In this document: in pieces, positions 13,614 through 25,750 of the stretch
How the letters are laid out: every line of letters begins with the position of its first letter
Position numbering within the stretch: position 1 is the first letter of the stretch
Assembly (NCBI RefSeq): GCF_009834535.1
Contig: NC_045697.1
Span: forward strand, 61,754,001-61,818,000
Source of the DNA: Camelus ferus
Lineage: Eukaryota
Direction: 5' to 3'
Length of the DNA stretch: 64,000 nt
Translations under genes and position numbers: made by a program
Notes under the pieces: generated by a model
Told to the model about the DNA's origin: nothing
The model's input: the letters and a program-made list of their open reading frames with translations, nothing else
The model's database searches: none

Positions 13614-16600
13614 CGGATGGTCTCTCTTAGGGTGGAGCAACAAAACATCTTATCAAGTGAGAGAGAAATCCTTTCAAAATTTCCAGAGACCCTCTGGGAA
13701 ATCTCAAAGTTAGTCTGAGTTCAAAAAGACTGCCTTTAGAATTTGATTTTGAGAAAATGTCAAAAGGTTTGAACATCTGATTAAATAGAATCATAGATCA
13801 TTATGAAACAATACTTAATTATCTTTTAGCCAAAGTAACAGTGGTAGATTTTAAAGGCAAATACAGGTTACATTGCTGTGAACAAAATTTAACTCTTTTA
13901 ATTTTGAGAAGACTGGGTTGTTCTAAGTAATCAAAGACCTGATAACAACAACTGTGAAGCACAATGAATTATTTTAGCAAGACAAAACTCAAAATGTTTG
14001 CTTTCCAGGTAGATTACCCAAAATGTTAAAAAAAACAAACAAACAAAAAACCTGTCACAATCTATTATCAAGAGAAGATCAATAGTTCAAGTAAACTTTG
14101 TCCTTTTATCAGAGAAAAAGCCAAATTCTAACTTCACACCAGTATACTTTCATAATAAAATTTTCTTAATTAAATAAATTTATTCTAATCTTGGCCAGCT
14201 TGACCACACATAAAATTCCTTTCCCAGGATTCCTTTTCTACAAACCTTCTACAACAATTTTATGTCCATTCTGATTTTGTCAGATGTTTTTCCCTCCTTT
14301 TCATTCAGGAACAATCAGGTGTTTCACTTTAAGATAAAATTACTCTCTTTTTCCCTTACAAAAACACCTCTTCATACCTAACACCTTTTCTTGCCAAAGA
14401 CATATGCTATTTTCCTTGCATAAAGATGTCTCCTTTATTACTTCTAGTAGTTTTAATTACATACATTAATTAAATTCTTAACCTTAGAAACCTTAATTCC
14501 TAGTAAAAACTAAGAAGTAGGTTGTGGACTGTCTGTTACACTAGCATTAGGTAGAGTGGCAAATTTATAAATACATTCCATAATTCCTGGTAGTATGCTG
14601 TTCCTCACAGTAAATTTTTCAATATTGCACAAAGCACATCTACGAATAGAACCAAATAGCTTTAGTTCGTCTATAAAAAAGTCCAAATGGATAAACCTAT
14701 GGTCAGTAATTGCTGTTTCAGTATCTTATTCAGACATGATTTAGATATTTAATAAATATCTATCATTTAACTTATCTCATTCTAACTTTGTTTCAAGCTA
14801 CCAAAAAGATTTTGGAAACTATTTTTAAGTAGACATACCATAAAGTATAATTATTATTGAAAAGTTCATTTATAAATATTTACCTTGCTTACATCTATTT
14901 AATTCACTTGCTCTTAACAATTATGTTTAGGCTAACTATAAAAATTCCGTGAGACATTAAACAGCTAACCATTATCTTAAATTATCTTTCTTGCTGATAA
15001 ATTTTGTTACAGAGATATCATGAGCTTCTCTGTTTGTTAACCCTAGGCAAAATGAAAGTATTATACTTGATGATAACTCTAAAGACAATGAAACCAACAA
15101 ACTTAAACTAGCTTTTATTTACCAAAGGTTATCCTAGATCACATGAACTTGAAAAACATTACAGTTAGTTCCTATATTTCTGAGAGCATATTTTGATTTA
15201 TATAAACGTTCAATTTTCCTTAATTCAAGTAAATAGAGCTCTATATAAATTAATTTGTAATACCATTGCAGGTAGAAAAAAATCACACATTTGTAACATA
15301 TATATAGACATACATAAACATACAGACTCAAAGATCTTACAACTTTTGTTTTAAAATTTTAGCCATGAGACAGATGCAATAACACAAAACTCACAAGTTT
15401 ATGAAAGAAAAATACTGTTTCTGGCAGATGAAATAAGTTAAGGTTACTTGCTTAGATGGTTAAAACTTTTACTAATATTTGTGAAGTAGACTTGTAAGAT
15501 TTTTCTTTTGCCTAGTTACCAAATAGCCTTTCCCTTTTTTTTTTTTTTCCTTTTTTTCCCTTCTGATAAGAATTACCTCCGTAAAGCTTGTGTTTCAAAG
15601 AGACCTGAGTTCCTAGAGAAGACTGGGTAGAATATTCACACCTCAAAGGCACAAAGATGTATGCAAGTTCCTCCTAAATCCAGAATTTTTATAATGCCTA
15701 CAGTCCTTTTGAGATGAATAGGGGAGGTCTGGGGATTGGTTAAAAAGGATAGGTAGGCTTTTTCTGTTCTTGTAAAAATTCAATTTGTAAGACAAATTGG
15801 ACAAGTTGTCCTCAACTTATAGGACAGTTGTTTCTAATTCCTCAAAGAACTGGACTGTAACCGGAAATGATATTAAGGTGTTGACCCACCCATCCTACTA
15901 GATTATCTTCAATTAAGCTAGAAATTTTTTAAGTTCCTATGTTCTAGATTTAAAGCTATTTGTCTTTAGAATGTTATTATTTCCCTCTGGGTACAAAGTT
16001 TTATTTTGCCTAGGGGAGAAGGCCTTTAAAGAAGTTTCTATCAGGCTCTGAATATCAGCTTTCAATTTGGCCAGCGTTTGACCATAGAGTCACTCTAAAA
16101 GAAAAAAAAAAAAAAACTCATTCAAATATCTTGTCAGGCTTCGGTTGGTATAAATAATAAATATTCTTGGCAGTATCAAATGACCTCATGGACTAAAGAG
16201 ACATCACCAAAGAGGGTACAAAGATAATATTCTCCCAAGATTCAAAGGCACTCCCAAAAGTAGCAAAAATAAAGAAAGTCCTGACAATTCTCAGACAGCT
16301 GGCCACAGCTGGTAGGACCCTAGCCACAAATGGAGTGCAACTCACATTTTTGTCCAGCCAAATCTTTGAGCCCCCAATTTGACAGTTGAGCTGCCTACAT
16401 TAATGCAAGAACAGACAGCCTGCATGCCCCAGGCAGGGAAAAAGCCAAGCCAAGTTACCAGGACACAAAAAGAGACAAACAAGAAGGCAAAAGCTGTTCC
16501 TGAGAGAGAAAGGATCGGCAACTAACGGGCACCCCCTAAAAAATTCACAAGAGTCTAGATTTATAAAAGAAGGGACATCTTGAAGTTTATCTTCCTTTTT

Positions 16601-17842
16601 CAACCAGGCACTGTAGAGATCCCAGAAAGCTGACTCTGGTTAAAATTTTGTTTCTAATTTTGCAGTTTTTTCAGCGTGGAAAGGCAATTCAGATAGAAGA
16701 TTAGGAGCATGTGAGTACTCAGGTAAAGGAAGATAGAGGGGAGTAGGAGTCACATAGTCTTACAGTCTTTTGTTTTAGGTATCTCCAGTGTCTTTAAGTT
16801 TTCATAAGCCTTTTGCAATAAATATTTCAATGAAGTTATTTTAGAATCTTCTAAGTAAAATAGGTATCCCATTCTATTTGTTGATTTGGGAACCCTTGCT
16901 TTCAAATGCACTTCTTAAATGAACGATCTTGTCTAACTGAAATGTTTTCCATAATGGCCATTGTCATTCTAGGCTGTCCTAGTAAGACTTTACCATTTTT
17001 ATAAATATTACAGCTTCCGGGACTACAGTACTTAGACATAAAATAAGCAGCTGTGCCAGAAGGTGGTGCACTCAATCCTTTGAAACTTGAGAGTCCCATC
17101 TTTTTAGCTAAGCCTTGAGTCTCTTGGAGCCAAATTAATACCTAAGAGGGATGTGCCACTAAATTGAGGATTTTGGTGGTGTTTTCCAGTGTACCTCATT
17201 GCATGGAAATTTTCTTGAGGTTGATAAGTGACCTAATGTCTAACCCACTCTGTGACCAACTTAGCAAAAGAGTAAAAGCTTTTAATTGCTTGACCCATGC
17301 CAACCAACTTTGCAGCTTTGATTTCTGAGATTCCCGCTAGCAATAGATCTATTCATCCTTTCACAAGATGATTTCTTTAGAATGGCAGATGCCCTGATGA
17401 CTTATAATAGTCTGACTTAACGCCTACTTTGATTTTGATTTTGATGGTCAAAAAAGTCCTAATTTCTTGTCTTCATTTATTTTCCCAAGTCCCCCAGCAG
17501 TTTATGCTATGGACTTACCTTGAGGCTTTGTGAGTCCCTTAACAACTGCCACCTGTTGTAGACTTCCCATACAACTACTCCAGGACCTTTCTGGGACCCC
17601 AGGACCCTTCTGGGAATTTTAATAAACCGTGGGACCTTTCCAGAACCCCAGAATCTTTCTGGGAAAAATATATATTTATAAATATTTTTAATAAATTTTT
17701 TTTGGATCAGAGAACAGCATGCAAGGGAGCAGAGCTCAAATCCGAGTGTGACTTACCCATGGCCTTAGTAATGATGACAGGAACAGTAAATTCAAACAGC
17801 CTCTGCATCTTGTCCCATAGGTCATTAGCTGCCAGTTTCAGA

Positions 17843-17860
17843 TTTCATTCCTCTTTGCCA
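17843..17860 (-). promoter_or_regulatory. Decayed primer-binding site of the provirus
   Basis: TGGCAAAGAGGAATGAAA on minus, 5 nt after the LTR end ...AAACA; starts with TGG complementary to tRNA CCA; tRNA species not assignable. Confidence 0.6.
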
Positions 17861-17865
17861 AAAAC

Positions 17866-18205
17866 TGTTTAAAAAAATGTATTAAATAAAATAATTTAGG
17901 TGATACAAACAAATTTTATTTAACACTTCATGAAGTCGACAATCTTAGAGAACTGCAAAACTGAGCAGAAGGCAAGAAACTTTCATAGGGATGAAAAATA
18001 AAGAACAAAGAAGAGAAAAATAGAAAACATCTGATTGGCTGGGGCCACACAGTCAACCCTGTTTGGGATGAAAAGGAACAAGGAAGTAAGTACAGAGCCC
18101 AGAGTTGCTTTGGGTGTTTGGGGGTTGGCTGACTACAAGTATACTGCATTTCTGGTCAAGCAAAGTATTTACAGGGACATGAAAGTTTTCTAAGTGGTGG
18201 TTTGC
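17866..18205 (-). mobile_element. 5' LTR of the provirus, truncated at the U3 start
   Basis: Aligns by eye to 12893-~13220 (e.g. shared 'tatactgcatttctggtcaagcaaag'); about 60 bp of the outer end missing. Confidence 0.85.
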
Positions 18206-18349
18206 CATGTAAGGTAATGAAAAAATAACAGTCTAAACAGATGATGGTTTCAGCTGCAGCAATACCATCCACTGGATGCATTCTATTTCAAAGTAATTCA
18301 ATTTAGTAGATGTTTACTGAGCCTACATTGTATGCAAGGCACACACTCC

Positions 18350-18930
18350 AGTGAAAGAATTCATTTTGAATCACAATACTTGAGACAAAATATCACTTAA
18401 TCTAACCCTTTATTTACAGATAAGGAAACAGAAACAAGTGAATTTAGTGATGTTTTGCAAGAGATCAGCCTTATTTACTAAAATTTGGTGGCAACACCAA
18501 AAAGAAAACTAGGCCAAGTGTTCTTATCACTATGCAAGCCTGCCAATATTTTTCACCCTTTCTGGGAAAACTTCCCTGACTGTTCGTGTAAATCTGGTCA
18601 TTTATCCTTTGTGCCACAACTGGGCCAAGTATATAGATCTATCATTGTAATTAATCATAGTATTACAATTATTTACATCCATTCCCATTTATCTGCTGCA
18701 GAAATTAAGAGTATGAGCACTGAAACTCCAATCCCAACTACTGACAAGCTGTATATTACCTGGAGGAAGTATCCTTTCCTCTCCACGCTTCAGTTTCCCT
18801 AAGTGCAATAGTAGGGGAATATTTGTGCCCAACTCAGAGAGCTATTAATGATATTTAAATGAGAAAATCCATATAAAGCACAGTGCTTGTCACATAGTGA
18901 GTGCTAAAACAAATAATTAGCTGTTGTTAT
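18350..18930. mobile_element. Two MIR fragments (about 18350-18530 minus, 18700-18930 plus)
   Basis: 'ttatttacagataaggaaacagaaac' and 'cttcagtttccctaagtgcaatagtagggga...taaagcacagtgcttgtcacatagtgagtgct'. Confidence 0.7.
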
Positions 18931-20989
18931 TTTTGCTATTATTATTTTTAAAAAGCATTTACTGAGTGCCAACAATATTTCTAGCAACAGAGGTACTTTG
19001 GTTGTTCAATAAGCAAAAAAATTTATTGAGTACCTAATATATCCCAAGTGCTATTTCCTAGCATTGGACTTTCAAATTTTCAAATTTTGTAAAATTACAA
19101 AAATTAGTAAAATACAGTAATCAGTATGATAATTATAATTGAAATTGAAGTCATAATGGTAACACAAATGAAAGAGTGGCTAATGCAGCTAGGGGCGCAG
19201 TGGAAGGTGAAAACGAGCTTCATAGGGAAGGAGAAATTTACTGTAATACCTCACCTTTCTTCTTCATTTCTTTTTATTGTGCCAGGGAAAACTAGTATTT
19301 TCCCTATACCTCTGTAAAGGCTGGAGAGAAATCTGAGGCAAAGAAAAGTCACTTGGGCACAGCAGTACATGCTGTCAGCTAATGTATTCAAGTTTGGTAA
19401 CAAAATACAGAGTAAGATGGGGCAAATTCAATTATTAACATAAGGTCAGGAATATTGTTTATATGGAAAAAAAGCCTAAGTCAGTAAACAAAAGAACGTA
19501 AATTATATAGATGAGAGAGAATAATTTTCCTTGTTTACGGGAGGGAATGAAATAAAACCCACTGTAAAGGCCATTTTCCTTCCCTCTGCACATACATACT
19601 TCCATCTACAGATCAGAGAGCTTTCTTCTCTTATGTCCCAAATACTCCATCTCCCAGAGCCATTAGACAGTGCTACCATAAGTATATCTTCCCTCAGCCA
19701 TCTGAGTTACAGTACTATAAAACATAACTTCTATTATTCACTAAAATTTTGTTACATCTGTATGTTCTTAACATCCCCAAAGTATAATTATGGCACTGAA
19801 AACAATATGGAAGTTATTCAAAGTAACTATATGACAATATTAACATCAAACTAATCATCAATGATCACATCCAAACGTAAGTCACACAGAATTTTTATCC
19901 AAGATACTTGAACCTTGAACACTGGAAGAAAAAACCAGTGGCAGTTTATATGTGTACCTGCTCAGTTGAAGGTGACAAAATGCAATTAACTCCTTTTTAT
20001 AGGCCAGTGTATTATTCCCATGATCATTACTTAGCTAAGCTACTTAAGGATAACTGTCCTTTAGAGAAAGGACTCTCTGATTCTCATTAACTAGATTTCT
20101 GACCCATAGAGGAGTGTTAGCATTTATTTTCAGGTGCTTTAACTTTTTTTTCAGTTAAGCACTTCATCAAAAATTTTAAGTAGCAGTGTGATTTAATATT
20201 GTTTTGTCAAAGGTCCTTATTTAATAAATCTAACCAGACAATTGGCTTAAGTCCAAAAACTAAAGGTCAAACTTCTTGACGTAACTGTTCTTGAAAATTT
20301 TATAAAGACTGTAAGCTGAAATACTCTCTAAAGTAGTTTGCTTTGAAAGAAGTTTCACTTTGAAACACAGAAAACCAAAATAACCAATAATCATTTTAGT
20401 CTGAGAGATAAGCAAATTAAAAAAAAAAACAGTTGAAGTCATATATGCATGTCATAGAGATGGTTAATAATCCAATGTTAAGGAGAACCATGATACAATA
20501 CACATCAATTATCCTAGATAAAGGGTACTGTGTTTGAGATAATCAAGTGGGTTAATAAGGAATGACTTGCATTCACATACTCTGCTCCTTCAGAGTGTAG
20601 CGATTTCAGTTTTCCTGAAACCCTCAATAAAGTTTTAGGATTTATAAGGCTTTAGGATTTATAGCACAGTATCTTCAAAATAAAAAATACAGATTTGAAG
20701 CATGTTTCATATTTTTCCTAGAACTTAAAAGAACTGAATAAACTAAAATTCTGAATTTTTGTAGCTCTTCCATATTTACCTTAAAATTTATCATCATTTG
20801 TAAACTTCAAATGTTATTACTTCAGGCAACTGAGTCCCCACACTCAGACCAAAGGAAAAGAATGTATGGTGGGGAAAGCATGAGGAGGAAAATGGTCTGT
20901 CATGTACACTCTTTAGAAATGAGACCGCTATGGTGCGAATTACTGCATTTTGCCTGTTTCCGCAGGTTTCCAGGTCTTAAGTAAGGAAG

Positions 20990-21660
20990 CTGCCAATAAA
21001 TCCCTGGCAAAGCAGGAAGAAAAAGGTCAGAGGCACATTTGCAAAAGCCCAGAGGTGAGCAAGGGAGTGCCATGTTCACGGACTGCCATGCTGTTTAGAA
21101 TGCAGGAAGCCCATGCTGTTTAGAATGCAGGAAGCGTCTGTTGAAACGAGGGCAGCAACCGGAGGTAAGGCTGAGAAGCCACGTGCATAAACAGCATCCT
21201 ATGTTGCCTAAGGGGGTTGGACTTTATAACAAAGCAATTGGGAACTATTTAAGAGGTTTCATTAGGGGAATAATACTATCAGCTCTGTGCTCTAGAAAGA
21301 CCCCTCAGGCTGCAGTGCAGACAACAAGGTAGAAGGAGCAATACTGGAGGAGGAAAGACCAATTGGGAGGCAATCGCAGTAATCTAGGGAAAGATGAAGT
21401 TGTTATGAACAAAGTTTATGATAGGATGGAGAGAAGCAGCTGGCTGTAAGAGATATTAGGGAGGCTGAAGCTGCCAGACTCTGTGATTGATTGGACAACA
21501 ATGAGGTTGAAGCACTAGAATGGCATGCAAGTTTCTCCCTCAGGCAACAGAATAAATAATGGTGCCTGAGTTTCCTTTGAAACATCCAGGGGTGATATCC
21601 ACTAAGCAGAGTGATATACAGGTCGAGAAATCATCAGAACGACCCAGGCTGGAGATAAAC
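20990..21660 (-). mobile_element. L2 LINE fragment
   Basis: 'tttgcaaaagcccagaggtgag...ctaagggggttggactttat...ttgggaggcaatcgcagtaatctaggga...ggctggagataaac'. Confidence 0.75.
21086..21135. repeat. Perfect 25-bp tandem duplication
   Basis: CCATGCTGTTTAGAATGCAGGAAGC twice, head to tail. Confidence 0.97.
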
Positions 21661-21849
21661 ACCCCTGTAGAAGATGCATTTCTTCTACAATTCTATAGCA
21701 AGCTGCTTCTATTTCTATCGTTGTATTAATCACATAATTGAAATTAAATGTTTATTCTCTGTCTACTCTACTATGCTGTCCATTCACTAAGACTGGGGAT
21801 TATCCATATTCATCTTTTTATCTCTAGTGCTCAACAAGCAATTATAGAA

Positions 21850-22010
21850 TATTTACCAGGCACTGTTTCTATATGCACGCAATTTTTTAATCCTCACAAC
21901 AACCCTACAAGGTAGCAGTAATTTTATCCCCATACTATGGATAAGGAAACTGAGGCTGAGTAAGTAAATAAGGTTACTGAAGTCTTGCTGCTAGTAAAAC
22001 AGACAGTGAA
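21850..22010 (-). mobile_element. MIR SINE inserted in an L2 3' end
   Basis: 'ttaatcctcacaacaaccctacaaggtag...ttatccccatactatggataaggaaactgaggctgag'. Confidence 0.85.
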
Positions 22011-22569
22011 CACAGATTGTAGGCTCATAGTAGGCTCTTAATATCTGTTTATATAAATAAACTGACCTAAGAGCTGTATGGAAAATGTGTTACCTAAAGA
22101 CTTGAAGAGGGGATAGGGAGCACTGTCAGTGCATGAAAGTCCCTGAAAGAGAAGAAAGGAGGTGATGGGGAAAGATGTTGGGTAAAATAGACACTCTAAT
22201 GGTCTCTAATGTGACATCAGTCAGGACAGCTAGGTTGCTTGGGGTGACTCACTTGGCCCACTTAGCTACTACCTACAGGTTAAAGGAAACAAGTACTAGT
22301 TAGAGCTTCTCCACTCACGCCAGTGGGTAAGAGAGGTTTTGCCAACTTTACCTATAGCAACCAGAGCGTGCTGTCCAGCACTCCCTGTTATTATTGGGAA
22401 GCTGTGACTCACTTGCCTACGTGTGTCCACTCCTTCCCCATCTTCTAGTTTTCTTTCAGTCACCTCAAATGAATTCCCTTTTCTGTGAGTGAAATACCAG
22501 GGATTTCAACTATCAGCCATTCCTAAAAATGACCAACCTTTCTTTTCCTGGTTATTTCTCCTCCCACCA

Positions 22570-23170
22570 CCCCAAACTTTATCTATTAGGTAATCAAGCC
22601 ATCTTTCTAAAATACTAATCTAATCACACTATTCCTTTAAATCTTTCAGTGGCTCATTATTACTCCTGGAACAAGGATCAAAGTCCTCAAAAAGGCCTAT
22701 GAAACTCTGCATAATCTGGCCCCCACCTGCCTCTTCCATCACATCACAGGCCACTCTGCCCTGGCTATAGGTACTTAAGCAGAACTGATTTGCCTCCACT
22801 TATCCAAATGCACAGTGGCCCCTCCAGCCACAGTGACTTTGCACATGCTGTTTCTGCTACCCAAGTGGCTCCCCAACCCTTTCTTATATAGTTAACTTCA
22901 CCTCATCCTTCAGACACCAGTTAAAATACTGCCTATTGTTAAAATCTTCTCTAGCCCACTTGACTAAGTCAAATTCCTCTCATAAGCCCCCAAATATTTT
23001 CCTTTATAACCATTTATAATTGTATGTTTATTTATAGGACACTGTATCTCTCTCTCTTTCTCCCACTGCTTTCTCTATATGTTCCTTGAAGACAAAAGTA
23101 ATTTTCTCATCCTTGTAACTATTACTGCCTAATAGAGGGTTTGGTGTATGGAAGGCCCTCAAAACCAAAG
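22570..23170 (+). mobile_element. L2 LINE 3' fragment
   Basis: 'ctttcagtggctcattatt...ctctgcataatctggcccc...gactttgcacatgctgtt...tcatccttcagacaccag'. Confidence 0.75.
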
Positions 23171-23254
23171 TCTGTCTGACTTCTGTTAACTCTTCTTTCT
23201 TGGCTAGGCTTCTGGAATTTCATACAGGAAGGCCACACTAGTTATATCTCACAG

Positions 23255-23482
23255 CAAGGTTTCTCAAATTTGTCACTATAGACATTTTGGACTGGATAAT
23301 TCTGTTTCGTTAGGGGGGCTGTCTTTGTGCATCATAGAATGTTTGGCAGCATTGCTGGCCTCTACCCACTATATGCCAGTGGCACTGATCCCCCAAGTTA
23401 CGACAATCAAAATTGTTTCCAGTTATTTCCAGCTGTCTCTTGGAGGGAGGCAGGGATCCAAATTATGCCAGGAGAACAACTG
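23255..23482. mobile_element. MER20 hAT-Charlie MITE, full length
   Basis: 'caaggtttctcaa...gacattttggactggataattct...ggcctctacccactatatgccagt...gagaacaactg'; 8-bp TSD tctcacag/tctcaggg. Confidence 0.92.
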
Positions 23483-23754
23483 TCTCAGGGGCTGACATGA
23501 GGGAGAAGGCAGAGAAAGGGACGATTCAACTCAGGAAAGATGGAATCCTCTTTCAGCAACTCTTGCTGTCCAGGCCATTCACAAATTGTAACTGATTATT
23601 TTCCCTAACCTCATATCCTCTTGATCCTTTCTTCTAGATGCATTCATGTTTCCATTCCTCATGTGCCAAGCCTTTGACTTTACTCAATGTTTTTACTTTA
23701 ACCTCAGAACAACTGTGTTCTTTTGCACGGAATTTTGTATTGATCCAATGTCAA

Positions 23755-23758
23755 TCTC

Positions 23759-23807
<49 letters not shown>
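23755..23807. repeat. (CT)n microsatellite, one interruption
   Basis: Direct read; explains the SLSLSL ORFs in the track. Confidence 0.97.
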
Positions 23808-23808
<1 letters not shown>

Positions 23809-23904
23809 GCTCTCATTCTCACTTCCCTTTTCCCTTTCACTCTGTTTTCCCCCTTCTTTCCCCCTCCAAGTTTCTGGTCACTAACATTACCTAGGGTCTT
23901 TTTG

Positions 23905-24315
23905 TTGAGTCTGCAATTCCCCAAATTAGCCTATGTCACATAATTGCTACCTCAAAAACCATACAAAAACTCAGAATTTAAAAACAGCAATCATTTGTTC
24001 TCATGGATCAGAAGGTAACCAGAGGGTTGACTGCTCTAGGCCCAGCTTCTCAGGAATCACTTGGCTCTGCTCCACTGTCTCCTGTCCTCCCGGAATTACA
24101 GAACTAAAACATGTTCTTCTTATGGCAGGGGTATGAGAAGCCCAACTGAGCAATTTCTTTTCAGGTCTTTGGTTATGCCATACCTACTCACATGCCATCG
24201 AGCAAAGTAAATCATGTGGGCAAACTTGCATAAAGGCAAGAAGAAACTGCGGTCACATGGCAAAGCATGTCATTACAAAGAAAGAGAAGGAACTGGTACC
24301 CTTGTAATTTACAAC
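23905..24315 (-). mobile_element. MaLR MLT1-family solo LTR
   Basis: 'aaaccatacaaaaactcagaatttaaaaacagcaatcatttgttctcatggatc...gcaaagtaaatcatgtgggcaaac...aaactgcggtcacatggcaaag'. Confidence 0.7.
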
Positions 24316-25239
24316 ATGCCTCATTTTAATTGTCATTATTTCTGATAAGTTTTTAAGAGCAGGCCTGCTTGTGTTGGCAAATGTGGTAATAAAATAATGG
24401 CCCAGTGTTCAGATATTAATTAAGCCTTACTTATTAATACTCAATGCAGGTGCTAAAGGCCTACCTATCAACTTTCGATTTATAAATAGGATGCATTTGT
24501 CCCCTGATACTGCTGTGTAATTTCATTCAATTTTCAGAATAGATAGTGCTTTACTCTTACACAAGAGGAGTAATTATCACTATTTTTTAAGCTTTGATTG
24601 ACCATTTTCCCTTCTCAAAGTAGTCACTTTCTACAAATGGGAAAATTAGGAATGGCCAGAATATATAACACTAATTAAACATATAAGGACCAGAATGTTT
24701 CACCTACAATGTTCTTTTATTAAATACAGGAGGTTTGCAATATATATGGCAATAAAAAGGAGCAGAAAATGACAAGAAAGCTCTTTTGAAAGACTGAGAA
24801 GACACAGTTATGCCATATAATCATGTGTGTGACACAATGTGACACAAAAGTCCTATAAATAAACATACAATAAATATTAATTACACTAAGACCATTAAGA
24901 TGAAATGGCTTATTTGTTTCCAGATTAGGCCCTTGTGCTACTGGGATTCTGGATTATCTAAGTTAAAATTTTCATTTCTGTCCTGATTTTGAAGTTCGAA
25001 AAAACCAGCTGGTTAGGCCATTCCCAGTCTAGTGTTCTCAATGAGCTATCTGTGTTACCAGGCATGCACCTGGTAACAGAGATGCCCATCTGTCCAAGAA
25101 CGAACAATGGAAGATTTGAAATCAACAACCTGTGAGACCCTGGCCCTCTTTGTGGATACCTGGTTTTTCTCAGGCTTCATCAAATTCATTAAGCTGTCCA
25201 AGCAATAGTCCTTCTCTATGGCAACCTAGAACTTTAAAG

Positions 25240-25750
25240 AGTTAATCTAGACACTTAAATCCTGCTTCCATAACATCTCCAGTTTCATATACCCCAGGCA
25301 CATAAAATCAATGGTGTTCAAACCAAACTCATCATCTTCCCAGTAAACTTGTTCATCCTTCTGTGTTTTCTATTTCAGTAGGTCTACCTACCATCCAGTG
25401 CTCAAAAGGACTATTTCTGAATGATTCCTTTTCCTTTAACTCCCACCTATATCCAAGATACTCCTAAAATACATTTGATTACATTTGCTAAATATTTCTT
25501 GATCATCACCCTTTTCTCTCCATCCCACTGCCATCATCTTAGCCCAAATCACTATAAAATTTCACTGGAGAAGTTTAGTGCCTTCTACCTTGTCCCTTGC
25601 ATTAAATCTTGTCCACTCTCCATTCTGCAGGCTGAAGGGTATTGTTCAAAGGTAAATATGGGCATTGTTCTCCCTGGCTTAAAATCCCACAAAGCCTTTC
25701 CGTTGCTCATGAATACCTACAGTTCAAAATCTTTCATCTAAAATTTTGGC
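25240..25750 (+). mobile_element. L2 LINE fragment
   Basis: 'tcaaaccaaactcatcatcttccc...ttctctccatcccactgccatcatcttagcccaaatcac...ccctggcttaaaatcccacaaag'. Confidence 0.7.

Larger units (their letters stand above)
12893..18205 (-). mobile_element. Non-autonomous ERV1/MER4-group provirus (two LTRs plus decayed internal region)
   Basis: Homologous direct repeats at 12893-13272 and 17866-~18205; PPT next to the left copy and PBS next to the right copy fix minus orientation; AT-rich non-coding internal region; no gag/pol ORF. Confidence 0.88.

Noticed and set aside
13660..17840. Intact gag/pol genes in the ERV interior
   Set aside because: No long ORF and no recognisable capsid, RT (YxDD) or integrase motifs.
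21666..21689. 9-bp inverted repeat tgtagaaga/tcttctaca
   Set aside because: Short, at a junction between repeat fragments, and compatible with chance.
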